The notes below the pieces were generated by a model. That model was not told the origin of the DNA. It searched no databases and saw only the letters and a list, made by a program, of their open reading frames with translations. The position numbers and the translations under genes were made by a program. From assembly GCA_010015805.1 (NCBI GenBank), contig ML978131.1, positions 62,001-126,000 on the forward strand: 64,000 nt of DNA, in the 5' to 3' direction. The stretch's first letter is position 1. Every line of letters begins with the position of its first letter. Positions 36,458 to 50,064 of the stretch are shown here, one piece after another. The stretch comes from Rhizodiscina lignyota. Its lineage: Eukaryota.

Positions 36458-38952
36458 GAGCTAAATTGCTCCGCAGTCGCCGCGTGAGACCAGAGCCAGT
36501 CGAGGTACCTGGTGAGTGTTTCCGCGCTGAACGACTAGAGGTGTAAGTGTGTCGGTCGCGTTTGGGGTAGATTTTGGCGAATGGTTGTTGACAAATGCTG
36601 CGACTGGAGCAAGCCTAAACGAGCCGCCATGAACCGGGGAGGTGAGCTGGAAGGGGAAAGCTAAGGCGTGGGGTGCGTGCTATAGGGCTGTCTGGGTGGG
36701 AGCAAAAGATCTCGAACTATGGACCGGAAAAGAATGCGACTTATAGCCGTTCGCACCACGGATAAAGGAGAGAAGCATTGAAAGGTGAGGTCCGAGCATA
36801 TCATTCATCAAGCGGTGGTTTAATTGTCAGCGACTAGCAACGACAGATCAAGCGCAGTGGCGGGCTGTCCACCCACGAGACGGTACTCGTTCCTGAAAAG
36901 AAGTAGATTAGCTTCGGTATGGCAAACGTAAGGACACATTCTGCTTCAAGCATAATGCGGTGTGGCCAATTACCAGGGATACGAGCCGTCGGTGCTAGGC
37001 CCAGCTATCCATGGCAGCAATCCAACCTGTCGCGATGCGTTTATCGAGTCTTTGTCCAGTGGCGTTGTCCAGATGGAGGGACGTCCGCAAGTGGATGCGC
37101 TGGCTTGCGCACTGGGAGTGGTAATCCCCGGTATTGGGCAGCTTTGTTTCTAGAACATGGGTCGAAGATCTTCAGACCGAGTTACAGAGATGCATGGAGA
37201 AGGGCTCGCGACCAATGCTTGGCCAATCTTAAGCATTACGACTGGACTCGGGCAATTCGGAGGCCACGAGGGCGGACAGGACAAGGCAATTGTCACTTGC
37301 CCGCAATTCAACCAGCCGCCAACAAGAGTCATACAACCACGGTACCTTGCACTACTCCGCTGACCACTCCGGCATGCGGGCGCAAAATGCAACGAAGAAT
37401 TTTCCTTTGACTTGAGGATGTGGACAGCCGAGGAGACGCGCATAGCGCAAAAGGCGCAAAGACGGTGCACATGCTTGAATTTGGGCTGAGAGGATCGGTG
37501 CCACTGTGCCTAGCCGTTGGAGCTACCCCGACGTGTCCGTCGCTGACGCAAAAGGCGACTGGTCGTGAGGCTGCCATTCATGCATGGTCCGTTTCAGGAA
37601 TCATATATCAGAGACCATGTCTATAATGCGCGAGGGGTACCCTTGGACCGTGTAGCCCTGTGAAGATCCACGAAGCCTTAGATCTCATAAAGAAGCCCAA
37701 GCTGCTGGATTGCGAGCTCGTAAGTAAACGAGATCGAACATGAGCGGCGCATGGAGAGTAGTGAAATGAAAAGATGGAGAGCGTGGAGAGTAGTTTCAGG
37801 AGAGACGACGTCGCGACGCCCGCAAAGCTTCACGGATTACTCCATACACGCGGCTTCGGCGGCACTTTCTCCTTTCTCCCTTCTGCGTCATGCTCGGCAA
37901 TAACAAGCCACAGTTGCGCCATTGTGCGCAAGGCAGGACATCAGATGTCCGGTCCGAGATGATCATTGGCCGTGCCCACGATGGAGGTTGGGAAGGCTGG
38001 CGTGCCATCGAGAGGGATTTTGGGTGTAGATGCCAAGCCTCGCTACTAGGGTTGGCTGACATAATCAATACGCCTAGGGAGCCGCATAAATATCGAATAT
38101 TGATTTCGCGACCTTCAAGGCGCGTGCCTCAATGCACTTATTTCCCACATCCCGCTTCTGACGCTCGAGTTCACGCTTCTGCACGTAAGGAGAGAAGAAA
38201 CACCCGTGTATGCGCGTGCGAGTCAGGGCGTGATGAAGACTAGAGAAGGTCGTGCCGTGGGGGAGGGCCGATCTGTATGAAGGCGTGCAGAGCCTCATGA
38301 TGGGCGGGCGCCACGAGCACTTCTCCGACGCAGTGGTCATGCCATCTCTCAATCTCGAACAGACCTCCCGACTCCGTGGATCAAGTCCATGGGGTGCGAC
38401 CGACCTCCGTTCTGGTGTATTGTTCCTCAGGGATCACAACCAGCCACACATCCGGATGCAAATCCCGCCTGTTGTGCCACCCCTCTAGCTCAGCCTTAAG
38501 AACCGAGTATTATGAGGTTTGACGAGCCACAAAGGCGAGGAGATAGGGCGATTGGGATCATAGTGCGACATTGCATTGCGACTCGACTCGACGATCGAGT
38601 CCTCCTGTCATACCTCATGAGCACAAGAGAGCTCGTATGCTAAACAAATCGCAAACGCGCTGGCAAATGACGCGGCTGACCGACTTTTTGCCCTGCCTCG
38701 ATTATGGTCAAACACAGGAAAACTGCAAAAGCAAAAGAAGCCAAGCACAACTGTGCCGCGCGTCAACAAAAAAAACGTGTCGTCGAACCAATCGTGCGCT
38801 GCCTGCGGTTACCAGTGTGCAGATGATCAGGAGAAGATGCGCCGCGCAACCAGAACAGAAGAGCATGGTATCTCAACGTCACCTCGAAATGCGCCAAACC
38901 GGAAAGATGCAGGTCGTGCGTGCCACATGTACAAGTCGACCTCGGGAAAATG

Positions 38953-39971
38953 TCACACCTTCCCTCCAAAGTGCTCCTTCGCGTATTGCTCGCATGCCTG
39001 TCGAGAAGGAGAGTCAGCTCGTGGATGGCCGCACGTGGTGTTTGAGTAGAGTGTGTGATCGCACCTTTGCCGGCTTGCCGACTTTCTTGCCTATCTCCTT
39101 CCACTTGTTCGCCTCGTACTCTTTGATGGCTGCTAGCAGAGCGGCCTCCTGAACGCTCTTGTCAATACTCAGCGGTCGTTAGCTTGTCGTTGTGGGGTAG
39201 GAGCCTCACCTCGTCGGCCGCAAATTCCGCATAGTGCATATCCTGGTACTCGGTAAGCTAAGGCATGCAGCGTGTGCTGCAGTAGGAAAGGTACCTTGTA
39301 CCAGTGTTTCTTCACGCTTCCCTCTGTTCTCTGCGGGAAGGACTATTGAAGCGCGCACCATTTCAGCCTCTGTCCCTATCTCTCGTTCGAATCGAGCAAC
39401 TTCTTGCGCAGAACAGTCTCTTACCTTTGCGATCTCACTCCAGCTGTTGCCGGCGTCGCGCATTTGCTTCAGTCGCTGCTCTTCTGCCGGAGTCCACGGC
39501 GTATTCGTGCGTCCCTTCTTGGGCGGAGGCTGGGCCGGAGTGTCTGGGTCGGCGGCAGCAACGACGGGCGCTGTCGGTGCTAACGGCGCCTGCATTTGCG
39601 TCGGTACCGGGTCCGAGTACGCATTGGGAGCGGGTGCTGTTGCTGGAGCGATTGATTGCGGTATTTGCTGGCCCGAGGCGCGACGTTTGCGCGAATTTGT
39701 CGGACTCGTTGGTTGTGCGTATGCGCCAAACGCGTCGTTGGGACTGCTCAACGGTTGCAATGCTGAAGCTTCGGCCACCACGGGATACTGTGGTGGAGCG
39801 GTGGTTATTTGCGACGGCTTGATGCTGCGTTTCGAGGCAGGTGATGACCTAACCGGCCGCGGTGGGGCGACGTCAGTAGAGCAGGGATAAGAGAGGCAAG
39901 TAAGACGACAATCCTTTGACTATGTTGGAAGGTATAGGCAGTAGTGAGTAAAAGCGAGAGTCTCACGACAT
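38953..39971 (-). CDS. Myb/SANT-domain transcription factor B (two repeats, 6 exons)
   Basis: Spliced MS/SSPASKR...PWTPAEEQRLKQMRDAGNSWSEIAK/SFPQRTEGSVKKHWYK/DMHYAEFAADE/EAALLAAIKEYEANKWKEIGKKVGKPAK/ACEQYAKEHFGGKV*; all junctions GT-AG. Confidence 0.88.
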
Positions 39972-42735
39972 GTTGACTGACTGAGCGACGCCCAAGCGTG
40001 CGATCTGTTCAGTGCGTTCGGTATCGGGTAATTGGCGTTAGTGTTTGACGTTTGACCAGCCTTGCGCAGACATGCCGCGATCTCTGCTGGGCTTGACGGA
40101 TCTCTCGAGTCGACAGATCGGGCAAGGAAACGACTCCGTTACATGTCCCAGGCGGGCAGTGTGGGGAGCGAGCACATGTGTATGCGTGTCAGACTGGCCG
40201 GACGAGTAGGGTAAGTTTGGGAGAAGGAGTGAGGAAGGCTGGCCGCAAGTTATCGTACTGAGGTACTGCGATCACGCACAGCTAAAGATGGCAGCCATGT
40301 TATGTTGCTGGAAGTGCGGACGGACAGCGACTGCGGGGCACGTCATTCACGGCCAGCTCGAGCGGTCGCCGTACATCAAGGCCGCAGGCAATTGGCCGCG
40401 CGCAGAGGCAGAGGGAGGTATATTGACAGGCCGGCGAATGCGGGGTAGCTTGTTGCTTGTGTAGACGAGCGTAGCTACGCCCTCAAGCCCATGTGCCTCG
40501 AGCGTCGGCGCGCCATTCTGCCAGCCTGCGGAGTCGCGGTGGCGCACGAGATGCCTGCCTGCACTGCACCGCGAGGCGGGGGCGCTGTCCACAATCACGC
40601 GCGCGCTCGAGTTTGATGCCTCCCAACGTGCTGCAATGCACCGGCGTGATGTCTGATTGCTACGAGCCCGCCTACCCCGGATCGGCGAGGTGGGCTATCG
40701 GGAGCAGCGGCGCTGGCTCGACGCGCATCTTGATACGGGCGCGGGCCTGCCTCCTACATATGACGAGGCATCACGTAGGTGGAGGCGCCGGCGTCGATGA
40801 TGCTGCCCGTCGCGGTGGGCATGTGGAAGATGCCGTGGTGATAGTCAGCGATCGCCGCGCCTGCCATGTGAGAGCCGCATGGCAGCAGGCAGCACACGCA
40901 TCTCACGCATCTTACGCATCTTAGGTAAGAAGGCACGCTTTCGCACCGCCGTTGTGGGGAAGCAGCACCTCAGCAGCAAATTGGCTCCAGAGGCACCGAC
41001 CGAAGCAGACAGCAGCAGGCCCGCCAACCTAATGGGAAGCGAATGCGGGTCATATCCTCCCCGCCGGCCACGCGAATGCCAGCGCCCAATCCACGCCCTC
41101 GTCCATGACGCTGCGACGGGGGTGCAATCTTACGCGACTCAGCACGCGCTGCCCCCCTGCCCGCATGCTGGGCAGACTTTGCGATACTGCTTGTATGCTT
41201 GTACACAGCAATCCGTATCTGCGTCGCTGCAGCGTCGCATGCAGTTTGATCTCTTTTCTGTCCGCAGCGCCTGCGGGATGGGATAAACGATGCAGAAGCT
41301 TGGAAACGGCGGGCACTGGCCCTCGACCGCCGTTCTTTGTTTTTCCAAGCGAACAAGCACGAAAACACCAGCACGCAGTGGCCTGCGCTGTTTCACGCTC
41401 CTGGCAACTTCCGCCCTTGCGCCCTTGCGCCCTCACTGGGCGGGCGACGCTGGAAGCTGCTGCTTCCGCTCCTAACTTCTCCGTCGTCATCTCCCGCCAA
41501 ACTTGACGCTGCGCAGCGAAACTACGCAGGAAACACTGAGCCCGTTTTGCAAACAACTGATACTGATCTCCCGCGCACTGTCCACCTGTGCTGCTCGCTC
41601 TGTGACAGTCTGTGTCGTCTCTCCTGCCAAGACCTCCTGCCAGCGGGTTGAGACGCGCTCCGTCTGACTGCCTCGCCGCAGACGGATCTCTGAGCCTCAG
41701 CGCCTACTGGCCCTCTCAGGAAACATCGCGCCTGCAATTCCACCCGTTGCTGTTATTCCCACCCCCTAAGCATGAGGAATCGGCGCCTCGGAGAGAGCCA
41801 TTCGTCGCAATTGGGCACCGCCATCTGCGCGGTACGGATAGTACAGATAGGTACATCAAGCCATTCGAGCCTCAGCTGCGCTGCCAGCGAGTCTTCTCCT
41901 GCCAAGCCATCAGAGATCTGGAGTGCCCCTTCGGTACCGCTCAATTCCCTCTAAAGTCACTGTTCTTTTTGGTTTCGAACTTCGTCTTTCCTTTTTCTTA
42001 CCGCATTGCTCCTAGCGTCGACGAAAAGGGTAAAGCGTTCGGCGACTTGACACTTCGCTTCTCCACTGATGCCAGCCCTAGTCGTAGCGATGTCAACTTT
42101 CTCCTGCGCTGTGGGTTTGAAAGCGTGTTGCACGCCAAAAACATTCATGCCTTCTCAAAACATCGAGGCGAACTTCCGGAAAGCGCTCGGATCGCTACCA
42201 GGCGGATCAGCGACGCGCGGACCAGACTCTATAGAACGTGATCGACTATGAATATCAGGTACCGTGTTTTGAAGTTTGCCGCAGCACCTTGTAACGCGAG
42301 AGGGTTTGAAAACGTTCCGGCCATCAGACGCTGCCACTCTAATGTCCCATGTTGCACTGTGCCGCTTCCAGTTTGCCGGACTGCGTTTATATCAACGTCC
42401 CTCGCACACTGTTCTGTTCGCTTCTATCTTGTTTCCCATCGAATGTCAACCTGCCCTCGGCGAGTCACCGGGTTTTCTTTGCAGCCTTTCTAATACTTTC
42501 TTTCATCTCCCACTGGCTGGGCTGCTTACATTCCTTACCGATATTGCTGGACAATCGATCTTTCCCTCGATAAGCAATTTAATCGCCTGCGTTCTTTTCT
42601 TCACATTGGCTGCTAGTCACCCGCTCTCCTTGGGCTAAAGTATTATTTGCTGTTCGTGCATATCATCCCTGCGTTTCGAGTATATCACGAAACCCTGCAT
42701 CCTAAAACACGATCCGGAAGCTGCCAATCAACAAC

Positions 42736-43832
42736 ATGCCACATCACATCGCCTCCCAGGTTATTTCGCCACTCGCTGAAATAGACCGTTCCCACAGCCT
42801 GAGCGCCAGAGGTCGCAAGATGTCGTCCACTGGGGGAAATCGTTCGTGGTCGGAGGAGGAGGTACGTGGAACGAGACAGACTAGATGCAAGAAGGCTCAA
42901 TCGCTAATGCTCATCAGGAAAACTATCTTTTACAAACTCGCATGCAGAAGATGCCATACAAGCATATCGCTGCACACCTCAAGAAAACCGAGCTAGCCTG
43001 TCGGCTGCACTACCACCAGCTCTCTCATGGAAGCCACAGGCGTAAGCGCACTGGTTCAGTGTCTTCGAACAACTCCCTCGCTTCCACTTCATCTGGATCG
43101 TCTGGCAACTCCCCACGTAACCATTATTACCATGGCTATGATGGAGAAGATGACCACGGCATGGGATACAGCCCCGTCCGCTACGGCGTCAACACTTCTC
43201 CACCCTACAGCTCGCACAAGGTGCTCCTTCCCAAGCCAATGCCACTGACCCCTCCCGAGCACTCAGACCTGCATAACGGCCTCCGCATCAACACATCAAT
43301 GCAAACCGGCAACAACGTCGACACTGACCGCCTACGTGCCATTTACGATCAGCATCGCTCCGGTTTCTGGAATGCCATCGCCCAGGATTACGGTCCGGAC
43401 GCTTCGCCCTCCCACCTTGAACAAATCTGGCGTCATAACCACCACAGTGGCTTCGGGGCTCCGCTCATGCGCCCTCCCACTCCAGGCGACAGCCCCGACC
43501 GCCTCGGTCGCCCAAGCCTCAAACCGTCTCCGCTTCCTGCCTTCAATCCCTACTCCACAGCCGACTACCGCACCAACCTGGGCTCACTCAACAGCTACTC
43601 CGCTACTGCAGTCAGCGCGCCTGAGCGCATGAACTTCGGCTTCAGCTTGCCAACGCCAAACAGTGCGTACGCGCACACTCCTCAGCTCCACCGCGCAAAC
43701 ACCTGGGACACGGGCTACGCAACGACAGGACAAGCTCCGACTGCCATCGCGTCGCTCTTAACAGAGAACAAGTGCCCTCGCGGCAGCGAGTGCACAGATG
43801 TAAACTGCCGCTCCGGACATGGGCGTTGCTGA
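42736..43832 (+). CDS. Myb-like transcription factor C (start at 42736 or 42820)
   Basis: RSWSEEE/ENYLLQTRMQKMPYKHIAAHLKKTELACRLHYHQL across intron 42862-42917; second degenerate repeat DRLRAIYDQHRSGFWNAIAQDYG...LEQIW. Confidence 0.82.
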
Positions 43833-45180
43833 GACCTATTCTGGACATTGGAGAACTTTCTACGGCACCAAGCTACGGTTTCTCAATAGCAAAAGGATTC
43901 TTTGTTTTCTGTATGGTAATATTCTCCACCAGGTGATTTGGCGGTGCGTGCCGTTGATTCGCGACTTTCAAGGGTGTTGGGGGCGCTCACGCATGTCTCG
44001 CGTACCTGACGCACATTGCGTTTCTGACAGGTCCAGCGTGACGTGGAGTGGTACTTGGGCAGTTTTCCTACCAGATTTGTTTCCTCGAATCGATATTCCT
44101 TACTTTCCTTTGCGGTCAGATTTGATGGCGCAGCCTTGAAGAGACTCTATTAATGGACTGGTCATTATTGGAAGACAGGGACACGAATCTACTTTTGTTC
44201 GCTCGACGGGATAATGACTGAACGGGATGGAAAAAAAGGAAGAGCGAGTCATTTGTTCATACAGCTTTTCATGATACCTACTAGCCCTAGAGAAAATGCG
44301 ATAGACAGCTCATTTGAGAGCGTTCACAAGTCTTCGACAGCCTCGCTTTGTGATTGTCTCATTAGTGTCCTTCGGCTTTACGCTGACGATCCCTACGGCA
44401 CTGAAATTTCACTTTACTGCGTCTCCCAATGTTTCAAAGATGCTCGCGATATTTGAAACCAGCATGAAAATCATCACGTGCTCCACCCGACTATCATCTT
44501 ACGACCTTCCTAATCGAGCCACCGTTGAAGGCGCGCATATCGCATCCATGATATCAACTCCATCATCCCCGCATGCAATCCACATATCGCGGAGGTAATT
44601 CTGCGGCCCGTATCACACACGCGGCGCCAGGAAACCCAGCTGCCAGATACAAACTCGGGGACATTGTCTGCCTTTCTTCTCAAGTAACGGTTTCCACTCC
44701 TCCCCGCCACGCTGCCAGGCCTCTGCGCTCGCAAATACCACGCGAGCAGAGCTCGATACTTGATGTGGCATTGATAAGCGCCCTCGCCGGCTTGTCACTC
44801 GCGCGCTGTCTGTGGCAGGCAGCCGGGGAGCCTTGATAAGGCTTGCGGTCATGACAGTTTTTCTGGCTCTCCTGCAGCGTTCGCTCTCGCTGCTTGCGGA
44901 ATGATGGCCGTATGATGAGGCGCGGTGACCTGTCGAGAGGTTGTCTTGGTACTGCGATTGCAGACCTGCACAAGCGATCTGAAGTCTGTATGGTTCGGCG
45001 GATGTGCGCATCCGACTGATAGTCGTTTCCATCGTGTTGGTTGCTGGGTCGCTATTTAATGGGTCGTGTTGAACTCGGGCGATCGTCGTCGTCGTGCTTT
45101 TGGTTCTTTGAGCTTGACCTCTTGCTCTTTCGTTGCTGCGAGACCAGTTGTACTTCTTGGCGAACGAGTCCATCGAAATC

Positions 45181-46957
45181 ATGGCGACCGCAGTTGAGGA
45201 CCCCGAGATTCAAAAGTCCGCTATACAAGAGCATTCTCCGACTGAGAAAGACGCGACTTCCATTGAGGAGGGCAAGATCAACGTTGTGAAAGACGCCGAT
45301 GAGGCCCTCACGTTCCTTAGGCAGGAGGGCGATGACGATGCCATCTCAGAAGTTGATGAGAAGAAGCTGCTGCGGAAGATTGATTTCATGATCGTGCCGT
45401 TGATGTGGTCCTGCTACTTCTTGCAGTATCTGGACAAGACACTGAGTGCGTACTTCGCTGGAGCGCCATACATTAAACAGAAAGTGCTGAGAGATATACA
45501 GTCAATTACGCTGCTGTCATGGGACTGTACACTGATACGAATATTGACACGAACCAATTCTCCGATCTGGCCCTCTTGTTCTATGTCACATACCTAGCTT
45601 TCGAGTTTCCACACGGCTATGGGATGCAGCGCTTGCCGACAGCGAAATATCTCGCAACGATGTTGACATTATGGGGCGTCATCGTCACCGTAACATCGGC
45701 CTGTAACAACTACGGCGGGCTCGTTACAACTCGTGTTCTGCTTGGATGCTTTGAATCGGCTGTGGCACCGTCTCTGATCTTGATCACGACGATGTGGTAC
45801 AAGAAGAATGAGGCCCCTCTTCGTGTGGTATGTTCTGTAGTCAGGACGTGCTGAGCGAAAGTATGTTGCTGACATGGATCAATCCAGGGAATTTGGTATC
45901 TCGGAACTGGTACTGGTACGATTTGCGGCTCCCTCATCTCTTATGGATTCCAGCACTATCATGGAACGAGCTTCAAGGTAAGCCAGCATCAGCACCACTC
46001 TGTATAGCATTTGTACTGACAATCCAAGTCCTGGCAAATCATGTTTCTCGTTGTCGGCCTTGTAACGGTTGGAATGGGCGTCGTAAACTTCTTTTTATTG
46101 CCAGACAATCCCATGACGTCTCGCCTGACCCACGCTGAGAAGATTGTTGCCATTGAGCGCCTCCGAGAGAACCAGACTGGCATTGAAAATAAGCATTTCA
46201 AGCTCAAGCAGGTCAAAGAATGCTTCATCGATCCTCAGACGTGGCTCCTTGCCGTCATCACCATCGCTAGCAACGTTCCCAATGGTGCAGTAAGCTCGTA
46301 TCAAGCAACCATCATCAAAAACTTTGGCTACGATAGCAAAACGACTGCACTTCTTCAGATTCCGTCGGGAGGCGTATCGGTTGTTTCCATTCTGACGGCA
46401 ACATACCTCGCTGGGCGATTCAGTCAACGCGGCATCAATGTCGTGAACTTGCTGATTCCGGGCATCATCGGCGGGTGCCTGATGGCGTTCTTGTCCGCAG
46501 ATAACAAGGCTGGGAAGTTGATCGGTAACTATCTGACGCAGTGCATCGGCGCTTCGCTGCCGCTGCTGTATTCCTGGGTCAGTACATTCCATTGACAGAT
46601 TTGTTGTGACTTGACGATTCTGACATCAGACAGGTCGGTGCAAACTACGCCGGTCACACGAAGAAAGTCACCATGAACGCGATTCTGCTGATGGCATTCT
46701 GTCTGGGCAACATCATTGGTCCCTTGACATTTGTCCAAACGCAGGCGCCAGACTTTATCGGCGCGAAGATTGCCATTATTGTGTGTTGCGCGATCGCCTT
46801 GGTAACCGCTATTATACTGAGATTCTACTATGTCTGGGAGAATAAGAGGAGAGACCGGAGGGCAGAAGAAGAGGGCAGGCTCGGCGTGCACATTGCAGAC
46901 AGCGAATTCTTGGATCTGACGGACTGGGAGAACAAGGAGTTCAGGTACAGACTTTGA
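45181..46957 (+). CDS. MFS transporter, allantoate permease (Dal5-like, ACS family)
   Basis: EKKLLRKIDFMIVP, LQYLDK, RVLLGCFES, WYKKNE, NYAGHTKK, FLDLTDWENKEFRY; four introns; TGATAAG sites at 44772 and 44834 upstream. Confidence 0.92.
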
Positions 46958-47353
46958 GGAAGCGATTTGAGACGGGTGGCTGTTTCAAGAAGTGGCTCTG
47001 CGATCTTACGAGAGATAATTTAAGAGAAATGCATGTGAATTAAAGAAACGTTTCAAAACTCCGGGCAACGACATTGCAAGGAAGGCGGAGCGTTGACGCC
47101 ATGGTAGACGATTCTTCGTGATTGGCCAGATGAGGAAATTGGTCAAAGCGCCACACGTGATCTGGTGCCTTGTTCGTGTTTTGCACCTGCCCACTTACAA
47201 CGCGTCCCGATGCAACTGTCGCGTCCTCTGTTGACCCCGCGATATGTTCCCACAACTTGTTGATGACCTCCCATAGCGATAAATGATGAATGTCGATTGT
47301 CATTGATGAAGTATCCGACGGCTGGCTGAAGAGTGCGTGTGGAAAAACAGACG

Positions 47354-48673
47354 ATGACCGCCGGTCAGCCGAGAGCGCAAACCCTCAAGCAAGCGAAGAA
47401 AGCATACAAGCGAGCCCCGACGACTCCGACTATTTCAGGCGCAGAGAGAAAAAGGCTTGAGAGGGAAATTATTCTCGACCAACGGGCTGAGCGCATCAAG
47501 GAGGCGGAGGAACGGAAACGTCAGACTTTGAAGCGCAAGGCCAAGAAGGAAGAGCAGGACAGGGAGGCGCGGAAGAGGGCAGGAGTTGGTTTGGCGACAC
47601 AGTTAGCGGGCTATAGTCACACACAGAAGCGAATGAAAAGAGGAATGGAAAATTTCTTGAAGGCCGGGAAATTGGAGAAGGACAAGCAGGAAGATGTGGG
47701 GAAGGTCGTTGAAGAGGACGAAGAATATGGAGGATGGGATGCAGATTTCATTGATGATGATACTCTTGTTGAGGAAGAGCTGGGCGTTAAGGTTAAATCG
47801 CCTGAGAACAAGCCGCAGGATGTGATTCGTTCATCTCAATCGTTCGGAGAGAATATTGATGACGAATCGTTCGTGGAAGCAGAAGAGAGCGTGATCCAGG
47901 ACTCGCATCAAGGAAGCACGAATACCTTGTCCGAAGATCTAGTGCGAAGGACGAGTCTGGTCGAATCGCAAAGCACGACAAATGCACCACGACGGGATAG
48001 CACATTTGCCGTACGGAACGTCACTCCCGCGAAGAGAAAGTCACCATCAAATAAAGAGCTTTCGTCCCTACCTGCATCCCCTACGAAGCCCCAACCACCA
48101 GAGCTCGACGCTTGGGCAGATTTCATTGCATCGAACACACAAATTGCGACCGAGCTTACGCCTCCAAAGATCGTGTCATCTAAATCGCTGATGTATCCTG
48201 AAAGTTTTTCAATATCCACACAAGATCTCCACTTCTCAGATGACGACCTTGATGATGTTGGAAATGATGCGACAAGGGCGGGATCGAACGCTATTGCCAA
48301 ATCCGCAACCATAGTCCCGCCTAGGCACTCTCCGAGGCGCGGATCCCCAGCATTCAAACGGCCATTCCTCCCAGCATCAGCGTCGAAGCAACCGCATCAA
48401 ATAGGATCCAAGGCTTCGATGCTTCCGCCGCCACGTCCTCAGCGGCTCATCAATGCTCCTTGTCAAGATCCTTCGGTTTCAGCGTCCGATTCATCATTTG
48501 GAGCGTTTGGGTTGAGCACTCAAGTGGTCCATGACCTTTTGGATGACGATCTAGAACTAACAGACGAAGATGAGAAGGAAGCATGCGAACCAGAAGATCT
48601 ACAGCAGCTAGTGGATGTGGATGACAGACTCAGCAGTAGCGATACCTTTGGATCAGATGCAGACTTCGGGTGA
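47354..48673 (+). CDS. Hypothetical protein with basic coiled-coil N-terminus and acidic disordered remainder
   Basis: Long uninterrupted ORF (about 439 aa from ATG 47354); no family recognised. Confidence 0.7.
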   Translation: MTAGQPRAQTLKQAKKAYKRAPTTPTISGAERKRLEREIILDQRAERIKEAEERKRQTLKRKAKKEEQDREARKRAGVGLATQLAGYSHTQKRMKRGMENFLKAGKLEKDKQEDVGKVVEEDEEYGGWDADFIDDDTLVEEELGVKVKSPENKPQDVIRSSQSFGENIDDESFVEAEESVIQDSHQGSTNTLSEDLVRRTSLVESQSTTNAPRRDSTFAVRNVTPAKRKSPSNKELSSLPASPTKPQPPELDAWADFIASNTQIATELTPPKIVSSKSLMYPESFSISTQDLHFSDDDLDDVGNDATRAGSNAIAKSATIVPPRHSPRRGSPAFKRPFLPASASKQPHQIGSKASMLPPPRPQRLINAPCQDPSVSASDSSFGAFGLSTQVVHDLLDDDLELTDEDEKEACEPEDLQQLVDVDDRLSSSDTFGSDADFG

Positions 48674-48747
48674 CTTGCAGAGAGTGGCATTTTGGGTACG
48701 TTTTGCTGTTTGAGCGTAATTGCATTGAATTTTCAATTCGAGTTACG

Positions 48748-50064
48748 CTATAACTCAAGTTGCTCTACTCCTCTTTCAACATTCCCCAATGGCTGCAACA
48801 AGTCTCTCTCGCCTTGTCCACCATCTTCAGCAGCATCGTCCTCATCATCTTCATCCAAATCTGGAATCGGGAACGTTAGGATAGCAGCGATACCGCCCAG
48901 AGCCTCTAACCTCTTCCCGCTCTCGTGAAGACTGCTCAGTACACGGACTTCGCCACCTTCGACGTCCCTCACCCGATCCACCAAGCTGACCCATCTCTTC
49001 CTCGTCCGAACGTCCTGACTCCGAAATAAACTATCGCTAATCAGCAGCACGCCTCCACCTCGCCCCACACCTCCCTTCTCTACCGCTCTCTCAACCTCCT
49101 TTGGCCCGTACCACGCGGTCTGGTCGTCCTTCCGGATCAGCTCATAGAAGCGGTCCATCAGTGCCGTTTCCCGCGCATATTTTGCGTCCGTAATCTTCGA
49201 CCGCAATGCTGGAGATGCTAATGCGGCTGCAAGTGCCGACATATGCCCCGATGAAGCATGCGCAGTGAGAATGGTCGAGCAGTACGAGAGCAAGACTTTG
49301 TTGTTTGTCGAAGTCGCGGTCTCTTTGATGTACTTGAGGAAGTTGGCCGCGTAAAATGCCGGCGATGCGATGAGCAGTGGGGGAGGTGGATTCGATGGGC
49401 TGGGCGTCGAGGGCAGTTCAATGTGCCTGAGGAGCGTAGAGAGGAGCGTGGAATGGAATTTTGTGACGGCCTTCTCGTAGTCGGAGGTCCCGGAGCGTTT
49501 GTGCGGTATCGCGACGGTAACAGCTTGTCGATGGATGGTCTGGTGCTCGGTGATCTGGCATATGTTTGCCAGGCCCTCTTGCATCACAACCGCCCACAGT
49601 TGCGCCGTGTTGCCGGTCTTGACGCTCTCTTTGAGGATTTCGATCGCGATGCTGTCCCATCCGTCGGCCTTTTCGAGGGTGAAGTTACGATGCAGCTCCA
49701 GGTCCAGGGTATGGTGCTGGCCCAGGCCGACATGTTGGTTTTCGCTGGCGACAATCCCAGAGATGTGCAGTTGGCCGGCGCTGGTGTCGAAGTCGGTGCT
49801 CTTGACGCGGATGGTTAGAGTGACGTGCATGCGCTCAGACGATGTGGTGCCCGTGGCGGATTGCTTGGTTACGACGCGGCGAATTGTGTTCGCGCGGAGG
49901 ATGTCGGTTGGTCGGATGAGGTTATATGCGTGCCACTAGATATATCAGGAAAAACAGCAACCGAGGAATTGTGTGCTGCATACCATGTCTTCAGGTACTT
50001 CCGGACACAGGGTGACGCTGCCAGAGCCATCACGCTGGATGATGTTGTTTTTGATCAACCGCAT
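48748..50064 (-). CDS. DOM34: Pelota/Dom34 ribosome-rescue factor (eRF1 family)
   Basis: MRLIKNNI...PEVPEDM/WHAYNLIRP, HHTLDLELHRNFTLEK, AWYGPKEVE, HESGKRLEALGGIAAILTFP. Confidence 0.95.

Noticed and set aside
36460..42700. Many 60-210 aa ORFs in the Myb spacers and antisense to the Myb genes
   Set aside because: GC-rich, mutually overlapping, Arg/Ala/Cys-biased and without motifs; consistent with chance.
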